DNA of 64,000 nt from Octopus vulgaris. Taxonomy: Eukaryota. Below, in pieces: positions 1 through 13,826 of the stretch (positions are counted from its first letter, which is position 1; each line of letters starts with the position of its first letter). Location: the NCBI GenBank assembly GCA_951406725.2, contig OX597821.1, positions 53,320,001 to 53,384,000 on the forward strand, in the 5' to 3' direction. The position numbers were made by a program, and so were the translations under genes. The notes under the pieces are model-generated. The model was given only the letters and a program-made list of their open reading frames with translations, was not told the DNA's origin and made no database searches.

Positions 1-236
1 ACTGGGGTCGATATAATCGATTAATCCGTTTGTCTGTCCTTGTTTGTCCCCTCTGTGTCTAGCCCCTTGTGGGTAGTAAAGAAATAGGTATTTCGTCTGC
101 CGCTACGTTCAAATTCCGCAAAGGTCGACTTTGCTTTCGGGGTCGATAAATTAAGTACCACTTACGTACTGGGGTCGATCTACACGACTGACCCTCTCCC
201 ACCAAATTTCGGACCTTGTACCTAGAGTAGTAAAGA
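1..236 (+). mobile_element. tRNA-derived SINE, partial composite copy cut by the window edge (Meta-domain-like core)
   Basis: Matches the repeats at 13827-14400, 32973 and 34237 (ggtcgactttgc...ggggtcgataaattaagtacca...actggggtcgat). Confidence 0.8.
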
Positions 237-1218
237 ATAAATCTGTTACTGACAAAACCTCTTCCTATTCTTATATAGTTTTAGCTTTTGATTATGCATA
301 CATAGTATCACCGTAATCGAAGGTTATGAAGCATTTTTAACAAAATAGTGTTTCGTGTCACATGGTATAAATATGCAAGAAAGTTTAGAATAAAGTAACT
401 ATTGAAATGTATAGTCATGAAGAAATTTTCTTTTTGATGGTTAAATCAGGAAGAATTCTCGGAGAAATAAATACATGTCTCATAGAATTGAGTACCTTAA
501 ATAATGTTGTAATATTACATAGTGTTTTGATATTTGAACTTTGGCATTCCGTATTTTGTACTAATCTCAAAATTAACGCATTAATTCAGTATTTCCAAAG
601 TAAATCAGTCATTAAATATATCTGTTTTGAGCAGTTGATGCAGTCAGGTTTCAACACGTGCTAATTATCTATGTCAATATGTACGTAAAGCATGCTAATA
701 CATTAATTAAGCAACCATAATTAAAATCATAAGAATTTTGACAAATGAATATTAACACAGACACAGACACCATTTTAGTGATACTAAATTACACTGGCCA
801 CAGAAGTACTTGGATTCCAGAGTAGACATTCGTTGATAATTATCAACATTCACTGCAATTAGAACTATTTAATGCTTGAATGCAAGTCATTATGAGAAAT
901 TTCAACATATAACATTTGTCAACTTAACCATTCGATAAACATACCATCATATGTAAAGTACCTATATAAGCTTAAGTTTATATCAATGACTATTCGGTCT
1001 GCTTCATATCCTAAAAGAAATTACTGCTGAATGTATTAATTGTTATCGATGCTGGTGTTACTACCTCATTAGTAGTTTAACTTAGCTCTGATCGACTCGC
1101 CAATACCGGCTATTTTTTGTTAAGCATTGTGTACCTAATATTCTACGTGTACAGTGATGGGATTTTATCCTTGTTTTTCCTTCAGTCAAATGACTGAAAC
1201 AAGTAAAAGAGTAAAATA

Positions 1219-1220
1219 GT

Positions 1221-1282
<62 letters not shown>

Positions 1283-1290
1283 CTATGTGT
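1219..1290. repeat. (TA)n(TG)n microsatellite
   Basis: Read directly from the sequence. Confidence 0.95.
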
Positions 1291-4166
1291 ATGCAGGTGC
1301 CTCGACAAAGAGAGAAAAGAAACAAGAAACGCATCAGAACATCAACCAGCTTTACAATAAAATGCTTCAAATTCATCTGTCTGTGTATAATAACCCGAGG
1401 AAATTAATTAATTAATTAGTAATATATACATGCTCTAAAATCACTTGTCATTTCTGACAAAGAACATAATGACATTTCGATTAAAACATATTTCATATAG
1501 AATCCTTTTATAAAACATCTCCATTTGGTTAGCTAAAATGGGGATAATTGTATTTTAAGAAATAATTATATCTTAAATTGAAGTTATCCATTACCGAAAT
1601 ATTAAGTGGCCCTTTAAAATTCTCATATCAACGGAAATTAATCATACTTTCCCGATCCCTATTTTCTCTCTTCCACACACAAATCTGTTTCATATTCCTG
1701 TCTTATATCCCACTTCTCTATTTTCTTTTGTCTTTATTTAACCCCTTTCCTCCTTCCATCGTTTCTCTCTAACACACGTCTTTCTCTTTATCTGCTACTA
1801 TTTAAGCTTTCTCCAACTCTTTCTGTCTCCTTTCTTTCGTCTTTTCTACCTCTTTGCTGTTGTGATAAATCGAAGTTTATATATAAAATTAAACAATAAA
1901 TTATGTGTTTGAATATTTTCACTTCACTACGAAATGAAATATAAGAAATGATTAGCTTACGAATCAAACACGAAGGAACTGCATTGGTATAGCAACGAAT
2001 AAATAGCCTTGAGATATTTAATTATGAGTCTATATGTCCTAGGTTCAAACTCTGCCAAGTTCTACTTCATCATTCTTCGTGATGGACTCGATAAAATATA
2101 GAATCAGCTACTTATTGAAATTGATTCAATAGAACAACCCTTCCTGTGAAAATAGTCTGACCATAATAGAAAATTATCCTATGTATCACTAGTTTTGCAA
2201 TATCTTTCTATTAAAAAAATAATAATAATTCACTATGTTTCACTACGGTTCTTTGTAGAATTGATGTGAGAAATCCCGCAGCTGGTTAGACATTTACATA
2301 AATACATTAACATTACGAGCTCATAATACTAGTGTATCTAGAACATCAATGGACATCAAATATGTGTGATTGTGTCTATAAAATAATATATTTATTGAAG
2401 AACGTATATGTTTTTCTAATACTTAAGCATTAGGCGAAACTGTGATGAGAAATGAACGAACTTTAGGTTAGTTCAAAGATGTTTGTGACACATTTTAAAT
2501 TCTGCAGGCAATTTCACAGCACACTACAGTGGAAAAAAATTTTCCTTGTTGGAAAGATGTAAACACACCTTTGTCATTTCAGTGGTGCTTCATGTAGGTT
2601 CCCTTGATGTATTTCTGACTCATTATGCCTTCTTATTAGAGGATACTAAAGAGTGATAACACTGAGCTGATTACAAAGCAGTAGCTTTATAATACATCTG
2701 TCAATGCCAATGATAGATTGGCGCTTGCACAAGTAGTAGCGCCAGGTAGTTATAGCAAATAAACAAATTCAGATTAGTTCAAATATATTTGTGACATCGC
2801 TGTCTCTATAAAATATTTTCAAAGATTCCTCGGTTTAAATTACATCAGCAATTCGTGCAGTATCTAATTTGCAGAGGTTCCTCTTTATTCAAACGACGTA
2901 TTTTGAAGGTATGAATAAGCTCTGGTAAATCGTTTAAAATTAGTTCAAAATAAAATGTATCACAGGTATTACATCTCTGGAGACAACAGAGATTGGTGAA
3001 GAAGGTAATCACTAATTCCAGTGTCTGTCTGGTATAATTTCACACGATATTCTAATATAACGGAAACTACTTAAATTTTGCTGGGTGAAAAGTTTTAAAT
3101 ACAATGGGAAACAGTGCCAAACCTATACAACCTAATTTTGTCCTTTTTACTACGAAATCTACGAAATCTAATATTGTGTCCATTGCAAAATACGGAATGC
3201 AAAATCTACGGACATTGGTCTGCAACAAATTTGCTGATACTGGAAATGTTGCTATATGTATTACAATGAATGACGAAATTAGATTTTATATTCCGGACAG
3301 GCCAGGAAATTATAGCCCAAATTAAAACAAATATTTGTAGTATTTACTCTGTTAAACTACAGTGCATTTTATATCGCGAATCAAGTAAATCTTAATTGAT
3401 TTCATCTTTTTTTTTATTTATTAGTTGAAAGATTACAATTTCAATTTTAATGGTTTAGTAATCTCTAACTGCGTTCCGTATTAATTGAAAGGTCATTAAA
3501 AACTTTTCGAGTGCTTTGATGATAATTTTTTATATCCTGTAATTCAGATCAATACCATATTTTAAAACTTAATATTCATAAATCAGAGTGGAACCAACTG
3601 CCTTACAACGCTTGTCAGACCTGTCATATTAATAAGACTGATGTAACCGATGTTCTACTTGAACTACTGTAGGTTTGCACCTGCAGAAAAAACGCGGATA
3701 AGGAAGTATTCTGCTGAATTGTAGTTCTGCAATTAAGTTTGATTTGAAAGTACTTACAACGATGTTTTCAACACGACAGAACTGGTACTACGAGAGGTTT
3801 CAAAGAGTAGTAATGTGTAAAGCTAATGGTCAAAGGATCAGAGTCGTTGTGTTACGAGCAGAAGTAAAAAAAGACGAAAACGTACATTTCTGAACAAATG
3901 ATTATTGGTTTATTGTTTTCAAACCACTTTGGAGATGTAGGCTGCTCAGAATTAAGTTTAGTCATGGAGGCATAATATGTCTTCAGTATGAGACATTTTT
4001 GGATTTTTCAGAGTTATTAACTGGCCGCTGCTGATGTCTGCTCAAAATAATTAAAGCCTAGTTGTTGGGGAATAATTTTTGGCGCAACCATATATGCAAC
4101 GATGTCTCCATAAACTTCGCCAGAGATGTGTCGAATATCATTTATGATGACTTTGGGGATATATTT

Positions 4167-4698
4167 ATTACATGGAAAAATGCGAGCATGAAAAGTAATA
4201 TTCTTAAGATTATAAACCTGGAAAAGTACAGGACAAGTTATCACACCTGTAAATGTATAGGAGAAACTACTACTTCAAGTAAAGTAAAGAACAAGAAACA
4301 TTTTACTTAAAATATTGCAGCAAAGAATGCCAGTTATTCTAGTTTATCACTTTTTACAGTTCTCATCTTTTAAATTTATTGTACAAAACTGTTCAGCTTG
4401 TACAAAACTGTTAGACAAACTTTAAGTTTGTTTAATTAGTCACTTTCTCTTGTATTCGATGTAGTAAATTATCCAAATTCTACTTGAATAAGTATATTTG
4501 TAAACTATAATAAAAAATTTTTAGTATTCAAATTTTAATTTTAGCTGCAATATTTTAGGTAAAATGTTTCTTATTCTTTACTTTACTTGAAGTAATAGTT
4601 TGTCCTATACTTTAACAGGTTTAATAACTTGTCCTGTACTTTTCCAGGTTTATAATCTTAAGAACATTACTTTTCATGCTCGCATTTTTCCATGTAAT
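4167..4698. repeat. Inverted repeat with 155-bp arms (4167-4321 and 4544-4698)
   Basis: attacatggaaaaatgcgagc...aatattgcagc is reverse-complemented at 4544-4698 with scattered mismatches and no net indel. Confidence 0.85.
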
Positions 4699-5127
4699 TC
4701 ATGAATATTCCAGGCATTGCTGTTATAAGATAATCAATAATGCGTCCATTAATAATTTAGGATTTTACCTCAGGAGATGCTTTGGCTTCTATTTTTAGGG
4801 TGTCGAGCGACCAAGTAAAGGTTCTTTCATTGGTTCGATTGCGGGATAAGATTTCTTTACACATATATGTAATATATAGATATATCATCGGCAGAAATTA
4901 GAGAGTAAGTCAAAAACTGAGAGTTTCGTGTATTAGCACTTACCAAACACGAATTTGTCCATTGTCTCTTGGTAACTTCTGACAAAATAACTTCTAAAAT
5001 ACAAAATTTTGTCAAAAGCGTTAAGAGTGAACCTTCTTCTATGTGACACATTCTACCAGTATCGGAAGTTTAAAAGTGTTCAGTTAAAAACTTAATTTGA
5101 TAATCTGTATGTCAAATTGAATACATC

Positions 5128-5224
5128 TAAAATGGATAAAAAGCAAAGTCGACTCAAAATGTAAAGACAGGCAAAATACCACTAAGCATTTCGTCATGCG
5201 CGATAACGTCTCTGCCAGCTCACA
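5128..5224 (-). mobile_element. SINE head fragment of the 13827 family
   Basis: The reverse complement gives gtgagctggcagagacgttatcgcgc...gaaatgcttagtggtatttt...gtcgactttgct. Confidence 0.65.
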
Positions 5225-6169
5225 GCTTTAGAAAGCAAAAATTCATTTTAGCAATATATTCTTTAAATTATTATAGCTGAAGCGTTACTCCCTTACTTAC
5301 TGACACAAAAGTTCGTGGTATTTCACTCCATAACGTTTCTTCTATCAGTTTTCATTCAATGCCACTAGCGACTCTGAATTTCTCATACATTTTACTATCA
5401 TTTAAGCCTAAGAAAAGTATACTTTTATTTTAACATTAAAGAGTTTATATTAATTGAAGGTGAATAGGTGTCTTATTGCCCCTTTGAGGTCGCAGATATT
5501 TTAATACAACTTTTTTCGTACTGAACCAAATTTCAAAACATGTATGCCAAAGTGTAGCTGAGAAGGTGTCCTCTTTACAACTCTCAACAGTTTGCAATTT
5601 AGGTGAGAACTGAATTAGTGGTGAAGCTTGGAAGCTGCTGCGATTGACGAAAGGGTGGTCCTAAGAATATATTCAACCACTACCGTGGTTGAATGATACA
5701 TAGTCACGTTCTGGTTAGTGCTTGTGCTGGAGAAGCAAATTAGCATTTAAAGTCACCATTTATGCGATACTTTTCATACAAACAGCGTAAATTTATTGAG
5801 AAGTGTCAAACCTTCAGTTGTTATGTAACAGTTAACAGTTAACAAAATCTTGAGGAATTCAAAATGGTTGCAGTCATGTAGGCGAGAAGAAGGTCAGCTA
5901 ATATAAATAATAGCAAGATCATTATTCATGAATAAAGATAAAATTATCGGCGCCGTAAATGAATGTTAGAATTTAAAAAATAATTTACAGTGGTCTCGCC
6001 ATTCATGCTGTAATGATATGTCACACTTGAATAACTGTGAATAATTGTATATCAATGTAATGTTAAATTTTAGCAATAATGATATGTCACACTCGAATAA
6101 CTCTGAATAGACCTATATGTGTACATGTTTGAATGGGTGTAGATACTTAAGAGTTAGACATCTTTTTTG

Positions 6170-6478
6170 TTTTTGCTTGTTAAATCATTACACTGAGGCC
6201 ATAATGGAGTACGGCCTTGTTGAATTGTAGCCGACCGAATCCATTCCAGTATTTATTTATTTTAAGCCTGATACATATGTACACCCCCGCCCCGCTCCTA
6301 CACATATATGTATACGATGGGCTTCTTTCAGTTTCCGTCGATCAAATTTATCCATACGGCTCTGGTCGGTTCGCGGGTATAGTAGAAGACAGGTGCTCAA
6401 GTCACCACATATTGGGACTGAACGTTGGACCATTTGGTTCAGAAGTAATCTACGTACCACACGGTTACGTCTTCGCCT
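6170..6478 (-). mobile_element. Degenerate SINE of the 29346-29760 family
   Basis: Shares tacgatgggcttctttcagtttccgtc and tagtagaagac...gggactgaac with that copy. Confidence 0.7.
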
Positions 6479-7589
6479 ATATTTCCGAATTTATAACTGA
6501 AATCTCAAGCATTCTATTTTGATGTAGAATGTAGATTCATAGTTAGTTTGCCATCACTTCTTGCCACGGTAAAGATAATGACATAACTCCAAAATAATGC
6601 AACACTCGTAGAATTAGATTTACGAAATGCGATAAAGCATATGGTTTAGTCAGATATCTACGTAATTTTCTCTCCTTTTTATTTCCTCTCTAGAATTTTA
6701 ATCAGACTAAGCGCTGCAATATGTAAGAGGTTAATATATTTACGATATACTAATTATGTGTTCAGAATGCAATGTGCTTTTTACTATTTTTGCAATTTTG
6801 TATTAGTAATATAAAAAGTAAATATATTGAATATAAATCAAAAATTGTAAATATAAATGTACTCCACACACAAAGATAGAATAAGTTATATCTTGCTGTG
6901 CTAGAATGCATATATGCAATTACAGCATGATTCTTTTACGAAATAGTTAATTATTGGGAGTAAAGAGCCTTTGGAGTCAACTAGCCCTCCGAGATCCTAA
7001 TAATAGATGCACTTTCAAAGTACTAAATTTCTTTTACTGCACATGGAAACAGAATATATATATATATGCATATACATTCACACATAAATTCACATAGAAA
7101 AGCAGACGTACACAATAAATACCCCTATTTTAATCAAATTGTTCACTTATTCTGATATATATTATTTAGATAACCTATTATTTCCGCATAATTTGTGGCT
7201 TCTACAGTGAAATGCTTTTACATCGATTACAGATAGTTATCACGAAATTGCACGGCAACTTCATTCACTGAAATTGTTCGCAGGTTTTCTACACAACTGC
7301 GATACTTATTTAACATCTTACCTCATGAATGAACATTTAACTCAATTTGATAAGAACATTTCATTGCTCTCATTATACTCTACTACAGATATTGCAAGAA
7401 AAGTACGAACCCGAAGAGTGTCCAGTGGGAAATGTTATAAAATTTTATGGTAGCCTTATAGCTTTTATTTTCATTTCTTTGGCTTACAACACAATACAGA
7501 TTTATAGGATGAAAATGGAATTTGTATTCCAGTAATGTTTCGGAGAAGACATTTGAAATGCTAGTATCAAATCTACTTTAATCCGTTTC

Positions 7590-7689
7590 TATACATGCAT
7601 ATATACATAATACATATATACATACAAACATATATACATAATGCATGCATACATACATACATACATACATACATACATACATACATACA

Positions 7690-7720
<31 letters not shown>
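7590..7720. repeat. (TACA)n microsatellite
   Basis: Read directly from the sequence. Confidence 0.95.
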
Positions 7721-7721
<1 letters not shown>

Positions 7722-7739
7722 ACTTCAGCAATGTAACTA

Positions 7740-7930
7740 CACGTGTGCCATTGGTGATTTCTTCTCCTTCTTTGGATATTTCCGTTTCTCCTCTCCGACG
7801 AAGAGCTATGCTCGAAACATTAAACTCTCCTTTCACCGAACGTTAAGCTAACACACTCCTTGTGCACGTCCTCCTGTTCGTTGTTTTCCTTGTTCTTTCG
7901 CTTCTTATTTGTTTATTTGAATTGAATATA
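7740..7930 (+). mobile_element. Short PLE pseudo-LTR-like relic with a degenerate hammerhead motif (7791-7825)
   Basis: ccgacga-a-gagc-tat-gctc-gaaa-ca-tt; homologous to the 17627-17825 and 62355-62560 copies; flanked by microsatellites. Confidence 0.55.
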
Positions 7931-9090
7931 TGTCTGTCTGTCTGTGTGTGTGTGTGTGTACATACATACATTCTTACACACATAAGTACAAGCACACACA
8001 CATAAGTATGTATGTATGTATGTATGTATGTATTCTGGTTTATCGATTGTTCAACTTTATTAGTAATATATATGAAACCAACGAGTTCTGTATACTGATG
8101 TCATCTCTGCTAGAAATAGCAGTAAAAGAATGCTGAAACTATTTCCCGCAAATCAGGATCGAGAGGGGACACATTGTAAGATACAGTCCTGGATACGAAA
8201 AACAGAGTACAGGGAGAATTTTAAGAATAGTAGATCATTTAGGCAGCAATATATCAATTAATTTCTTTAGGTCTAAACATTTACGAAATTTATCAAGTGT
8301 TATTCATTTGCAACTTATAAAAGACAAAACGCAGAAAATCAATTGATTGCGCGATATATCAATTACAATAATCTCAAGATAGTAATCTATACTTTAATTA
8401 GTTGTAAATAGGCAATATTTCTTTAATTAAGTTTTCATAGATTATAATAGACTTGAATATAGCCTAATGCAGGTGCTGCTCAAAACAGGTATATTACTCA
8501 TTTGTAGATAACACAACATTTAATCAATCCACCCCGCGCACACACACACATTGACGCACACACATACACACAATAATATTAAATTCGGATATTATTTCAA
8601 ATATACAATCATCTGTACCTATGCATTGTGCCATTTAGAAATTATTCTTTTAAAAATATATGTATGTATTTGACTATATATAAAAGTATTTCAGCTTCTG
8701 TATAATAAGATACAATCTCTCACAAAGAGATAATGCGCCATCGCTTATGTTTAGATTACAACAATGTGAAAAGTTTCATGTTTAACTTTCTGAACAGTCT
8801 TTGATATCTTTTCAGTTCTGTTTAAATAGTATCTTTGCAAAAGTGTTTTAGCATACATTTCGAGACATTTGACATTTTCAGTTAGATATTAGCTGACATA
8901 ATGACGTGAAGAAATAATTATAAGTATCAGTGGAGAATTTATAATTTGAACATATATTCTGAATCTGCTTTCTATATATATATACTCTTTCTCGCTAAAT
9001 TTGTTTAAAAAGATTGTTCGACTTTTCAGGGCAGCTGATATCTGTAGTGTCCATCTTTTCTTTTATTTCAAAAAAACTATACCTGAGAAG

Positions 9091-9498
9091 AGCTGCGATT
9101 CGTGGACAATGTTGAAGGCAGACGAGAAAAGAGTGAGCGCTTTTGGAATCTGGTGTACCGCAGAATCCTTAGAGTGTCGTGAACGGAGAGAAGGATGAAC
9201 AACTGGGTACTAGAAAAGCTCGGTTGCGAGATAGCGCTTCGGCGAAACATCATGAAGCGGAAGCTACGGTTCTTTGGCCACGTCATGCACCGGGATGGCC
9301 TTGAGCGAACGATCATAAATGTCAAGGTGAACAGCAGACGTAAAAGAGGCAGACCGCCCACTTCTTGGCTGAGAGACATCACAGCCACAATATTGTTTTT
9401 ATTCTCAGCTGTCCATGGGGTAGAAGACAGGAAAAGGTGTCAAGACATCGTGATGAACACAGCATCGCATAGTGCGATACCTGACTAGGATGATGATG
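9091..9498 (+). mobile_element. 5'-truncated RTE-clade LINE 3' end with 10-bp target-site duplication
   Basis: Frameshifted translation CDSWTMLKADEKRVSAFGIWC / KRKLRFFGHVMHRDGLERTII..RRKRGRPPTSWLRDI. It has a (GAT)n tail, and acctgagaag is duplicated at 9081-9090 and 9499-9508. Confidence 0.85.
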
Positions 9499-9779
9499 AC
9501 CTGAGAAGTTATGTTTCTATATGTCTGCATCTATGTATGTTTGTATGTATGCATGTGTGTGTGTATATTTGTACATATGTGTACGTATGCATTTACTCAT
9601 ATTGGTTCGTGTGTATGTATGTATGGCTACCCGTATATATGTGAAGAAAGGTAGAGAGCCATAGCAAACCCACACTGTAATGAATGTATTTGTGGACAAA
9701 GAATAACCAGACTACATCTTTCGATACAAACGAAATCGCAGGTGTTACATTAGCGCTTTATTTCTAGAGCGATGTCTAC

Positions 9780-10200
9780 GCATAGACTAGAAGTCTCTCA
9801 CACCCAACAATTGGATGGACATTGACTGGGCTGAATTTATTCATCCTTTGATAGTTTTGATTATCATGATGTAGGTGCATAACAAAAGCTAACCTCCGTA
9901 CTAATAGTATCTGCTTGTACGTAAAGTTTTCGAACGCAATGCTACGGCAACGATTTCGATAGAGTTTTCATATAGTTACGATGATGGTAGGATCCCTAAG
10001 AAACTTCTGATCGGTAAGTTAACCTACGGTAAAAGAGCAACTCGCAAACAGAAATCAAGTTATGAGGACTGCATCAAGAGTACAATAAAGTAGGTAAAAA
10101 TCTTAAAAAACCCTCCCAGTTAGTCGTTCATTGTGGACAAAAGCAGTGCATGATGGGTAGAGATAATTCGAACTAAATCGCAGCAAGCATGAATAGCTCA
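9780..10200 (+). mobile_element. Highly decayed RTE-like LINE C-terminal fragment
   Basis: Translation DDGRIPKKLLIGKLTYGKRATRKQKSSYEDCIKSTIK resembles the RTE C-terminal RIPKxLLYGEL..GKR motif. Confidence 0.6.
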
Positions 10201-10582
10201 AGATAGATGTTCCTAAGGGTGTTGATATGAATTTTTGCCTGAGTATGATGACGCGAAGCGCTGTTTAGAATATAACGAGTGTATGTATATGTGTCTACAG
10301 AAAGCAGGTTTGGAATTTATTAGAGAAGCAAAATACATACGCACACAAACACGGGGAAATTATTGATTATGCATTAAAGATATTTCTATTTTCAAGAAGT
10401 GGGAAAAAGAACACCCTACAGGAGACAGATTGAAAAATCATACGGGGTTCATCAAAACAATATTGTAACATCTGCGATTAGAAGTGCTCATCGAAAAACT
10501 ACCTTCATGCCTTCGTATTAGAAATATTACATTTCTAAATCTCTCAGAGAGATCTATACATTTGCAGCACGATATATTGAGG

Positions 10583-10920
10583 GTTGTTGTTGCCAACTTA
10601 ATGTGGCAGTCCCAGTAAAGAGAAGGATGCTACTCTACTCTTCTTTAGTCCCAGGAAACACCGTTTCCAGTTGGTTATGTGAATAAGCAATCGAGAGCTA
10701 GCAAGCCAAGTTACTCCAGACTGATGAAGAGCAATGACTCTGAAACCGGTCTCTGGGTGCTGGCTTTGCTGGGTAGATGTGCTTATCTCCCCTGTTTGAA
10801 AACATAAGGACACAGTACGCTTGTGTCACATAGAAAAACGAGAAACGGTGTTTCCTAGCGCTAAATAGCAGTAGCATCCTTCCCTTTACTAGGACTGCCA
10901 CATTAAGTCGTCAACAAACA
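10583..10920 (+). mobile_element. Non-autonomous fold-back mini-element (PLE pseudo-LTR-like) with ~80-bp inverted ends
   Basis: acttaatgtggcagtcccagtaaagagaaggatgctact...ggaaacaccgtttc is inverted at ~10842-10920; a hammerhead lies between the arms. Confidence 0.7.
10716..10756 (+). ncRNA. Type I minimal hammerhead ribozyme with canonical core
   Basis: ccaga-CTGATGA-agag(caatga)ctct-GAAA-ccgg-TC-tctgg: 5-bp stem I, 4-bp stem II, palindromic stem III and a GUC cleavage triplet. Confidence 0.85.
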
Positions 10921-11249
10921 TCACAATACAATAAAGCAATAGCATTACTAGAAACAAAGTTGCAGCCATCATGTAATTATGTATGACCTCATGTGATTAT
11001 GCCTTTCTGATGTTTAGATGGTTGTTACTGTTTTAATTGTCCCATTTCTTCCTTCAAGGAAGGAAGAGGCATCTTACAATTTTCTATTCTTGAATTTGGA
11101 TGACGACAACGATAAGAATTACACGTTTAGCATAAGATCTATATATTTTAATGTATGTATAGTCGTTCAGGATTTATTTTCAGACATTTTCAGCAATAGT
11201 GAGAGACCCAACAAAATTTTGAAAACACCGTTGTGTATGCAAGAAAGTA

Positions 11250-11338
11250 TATATACGTATATACACACACATACACGCACACATACACACAAATATATAT
11301 ATACATATATATACATATATATGTATTATATGTATATG

Positions 11339-11376
<38 letters not shown>

Positions 11377-11862
11377 GCACATTATGCATGTAAATATATA
11401 TGAGTATATATAAGCAGACACATATACATAAGGTGCAAATTGTGATACGATTTCATGTGTCGGTCCATGTAAAGTATACGCGTTTTACATACATATATTT
11501 GTATGTATAAATGCACTAATCACGAACTTAACTTCTGCGAATATTTTACTCATTTTCGCAATGTCTGTAATAGATTTTAGTATCAATGTCCTAATTAACC
11601 GTGTTATTTTTCGTTTCTCAAGATTGCTACAGAGATAGTTAGTTACATATTGAAGAGCTTCATGAATAGCAGATAAAATTTTAAAGAAAAAGACCGTGCG
11701 CTTATTTTTTTTTTATTGTACATAGATATGCATATATTTATGTATAAATAGATGTATACCCTATTTATAAATTTATATATGATGTCTGATCTTGTTTACT
11801 TTTGAATACCTCACCATTAGAGACAGTGCCGTTTTGCGACTCAGAAACAAGAGATTTTCATT

Positions 11863-11913
<51 letters not shown>
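11250..11913. repeat. TA/CA-rich microsatellite tracts (11250-11430 and 11865-11913)
   Basis: Read directly from the sequence. Confidence 0.9.
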
Positions 11914-11916
<3 letters not shown>

Positions 11917-13624
11917 AACTGGTCTGCCCGTGCGTGTAAATATGAATTTACCTATGACTGTATGTATGTTTGCACATGAATATGTTGTTATATATTTCTA
12001 AGTCTCTATACATTTGTGTTTTATAATGTGGCGAATAATCAGAATCCGGAAATCATCGAATATAATGCTTTGCAGTGTTATGTCGGCTGCCAAAGCTTCC
12101 ATTTGAAATACCTCTTAGGTTTATGTAAATTTTGGGTACATAGATTTACTGCAAGGTTACACTGTTTCGATGAAATTGACGCATCAGATAACCTTGTAGC
12201 ATGTCTATAAATATGAAGTAGCCTTTTTTTTCGTAGGTATATGTATTTTAATGCATGAACATCATTGCGACGCTGAATTCATGTTTTGACTTGTGTGAAT
12301 ATAGATGTTTGAATGTTTTAAGTGTTTCTAACTGTTGGAGTGTCTAGTATTTTGCTCATAACTGTTGGTTCTTGGTTTTGTCAACCTAAAACATTTGGTA
12401 TTGATACTGAAGCATTGTGTTATATAATCATGTGTCCTAATAATCACATTTCTTTTACCAGTTGTCTTACTTTCAATGGAAGAATTATGGAAACGTAAAC
12501 AAGAACGGTTGTCAACTAAATTGAAAGACATATTTTTCATGAAACAGGTAAATATTTCTAAATGTAAATTTATTTATTGAACCATAGAAGGAAAAGCCTG
12601 AAATAAAATGGCGGAAGGCGGGATGCAAATAAGACATCAAGACATGTAGAAGAAGTTAAATTGAAATATATGTGCCCGTTGAGAAACACATATTCTATTC
12701 ACTTTCATTTCTTACTTTCCTTTATATATATAATGTCATCAGTCTCAGTGTTATATTTGGAGTCGTTAGATTTCATCATATCAGCACATCTCTCGGAGAA
12801 GTCAGCATCTGAAGTAGGATTATCTTTTATTCAGTAAAACTTGGTTTTACTGAATTATTTAAGGTACACAAGAAAACTCTCGTACCAAGAGACGCAATTT
12901 ACATATGCTTATTCTGAGAATACTTGAGCACATGCTATGAAGACTAGTGAAAACGAAAAGTTGGAAGTTAAAAAAACATTTCTATCATTCTACGACTGTC
13001 ATGCACGTACTAGTATGCTATTGTTATGTATGTATCGCAATGATATAACGTTAATCAAATATAAAAGCTTTGCATGGAAACAGGTATGTTGGAAATTTTT
13101 TTTTTTTTTTAAATCAATTGGAAGAATTTGAAAGAAGCACAGAAGTAGACATATTGAAATAGAAAAGTTACATTTTCCCCCACATTCAGGTAATAATGAA
13201 AGTGCTGTTTTCAAAGAATCGATACAGCGAATATCTTATTTTTCGCATTTCAATCAAAGTAAATAAAAAATACGAAATATTTTATCATTGACAAGTTCAA
13301 TTCACCAACATTATTATAATTTAAGAGGCAGAATATTCTCCTATCACTGGATGGAACATGCACATATAACTTAATGCATAGAATTGTACACTGTGCATTC
13401 AACCTTAATGCAATAACGTTATAGTGGAGCGCAATGGATATTGAAAACTCAATCGGTGAAGTCCAGTTCGTTCGGTAAAGTAGTGATTTTCAATATAAAG
13501 TTTACTTTTGGTGAGATATTTTCTATAATAAGCTGATGAACATATTTTGATAATGAATACATTACATTTATTAAAACAAGCCAAGGAACATGAACTTATT
13601 TCCTCTGAGATTTCTACCTCTGCC

Positions 13625-13661
<37 letters not shown>

Positions 13662-13826
13662 ATACAGCAAGAGATTGTAAACAAACATGGTTCAGTTAAT
13701 ACAATATCAAATAATCAACTTAGAAGTGTGTGTCTTGTCAATAACTGGTCGATGCAGTCGTGGACAACAAGAATTGCTATTAAATGCATTAATCCATCAT
13801 CCATCTATTAATATGTAGCACGAGGA

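Noticed and set aside
12462-12547. Possible plus-strand host exon (ttttaccag...cag/gtaaat; VLLSMEELWKRKQERLSTKLKDIFFMKQ)
   Set aside because: Splice signals are plausible, but there is no recognisable homology or partner exons. It needs RNA-seq.
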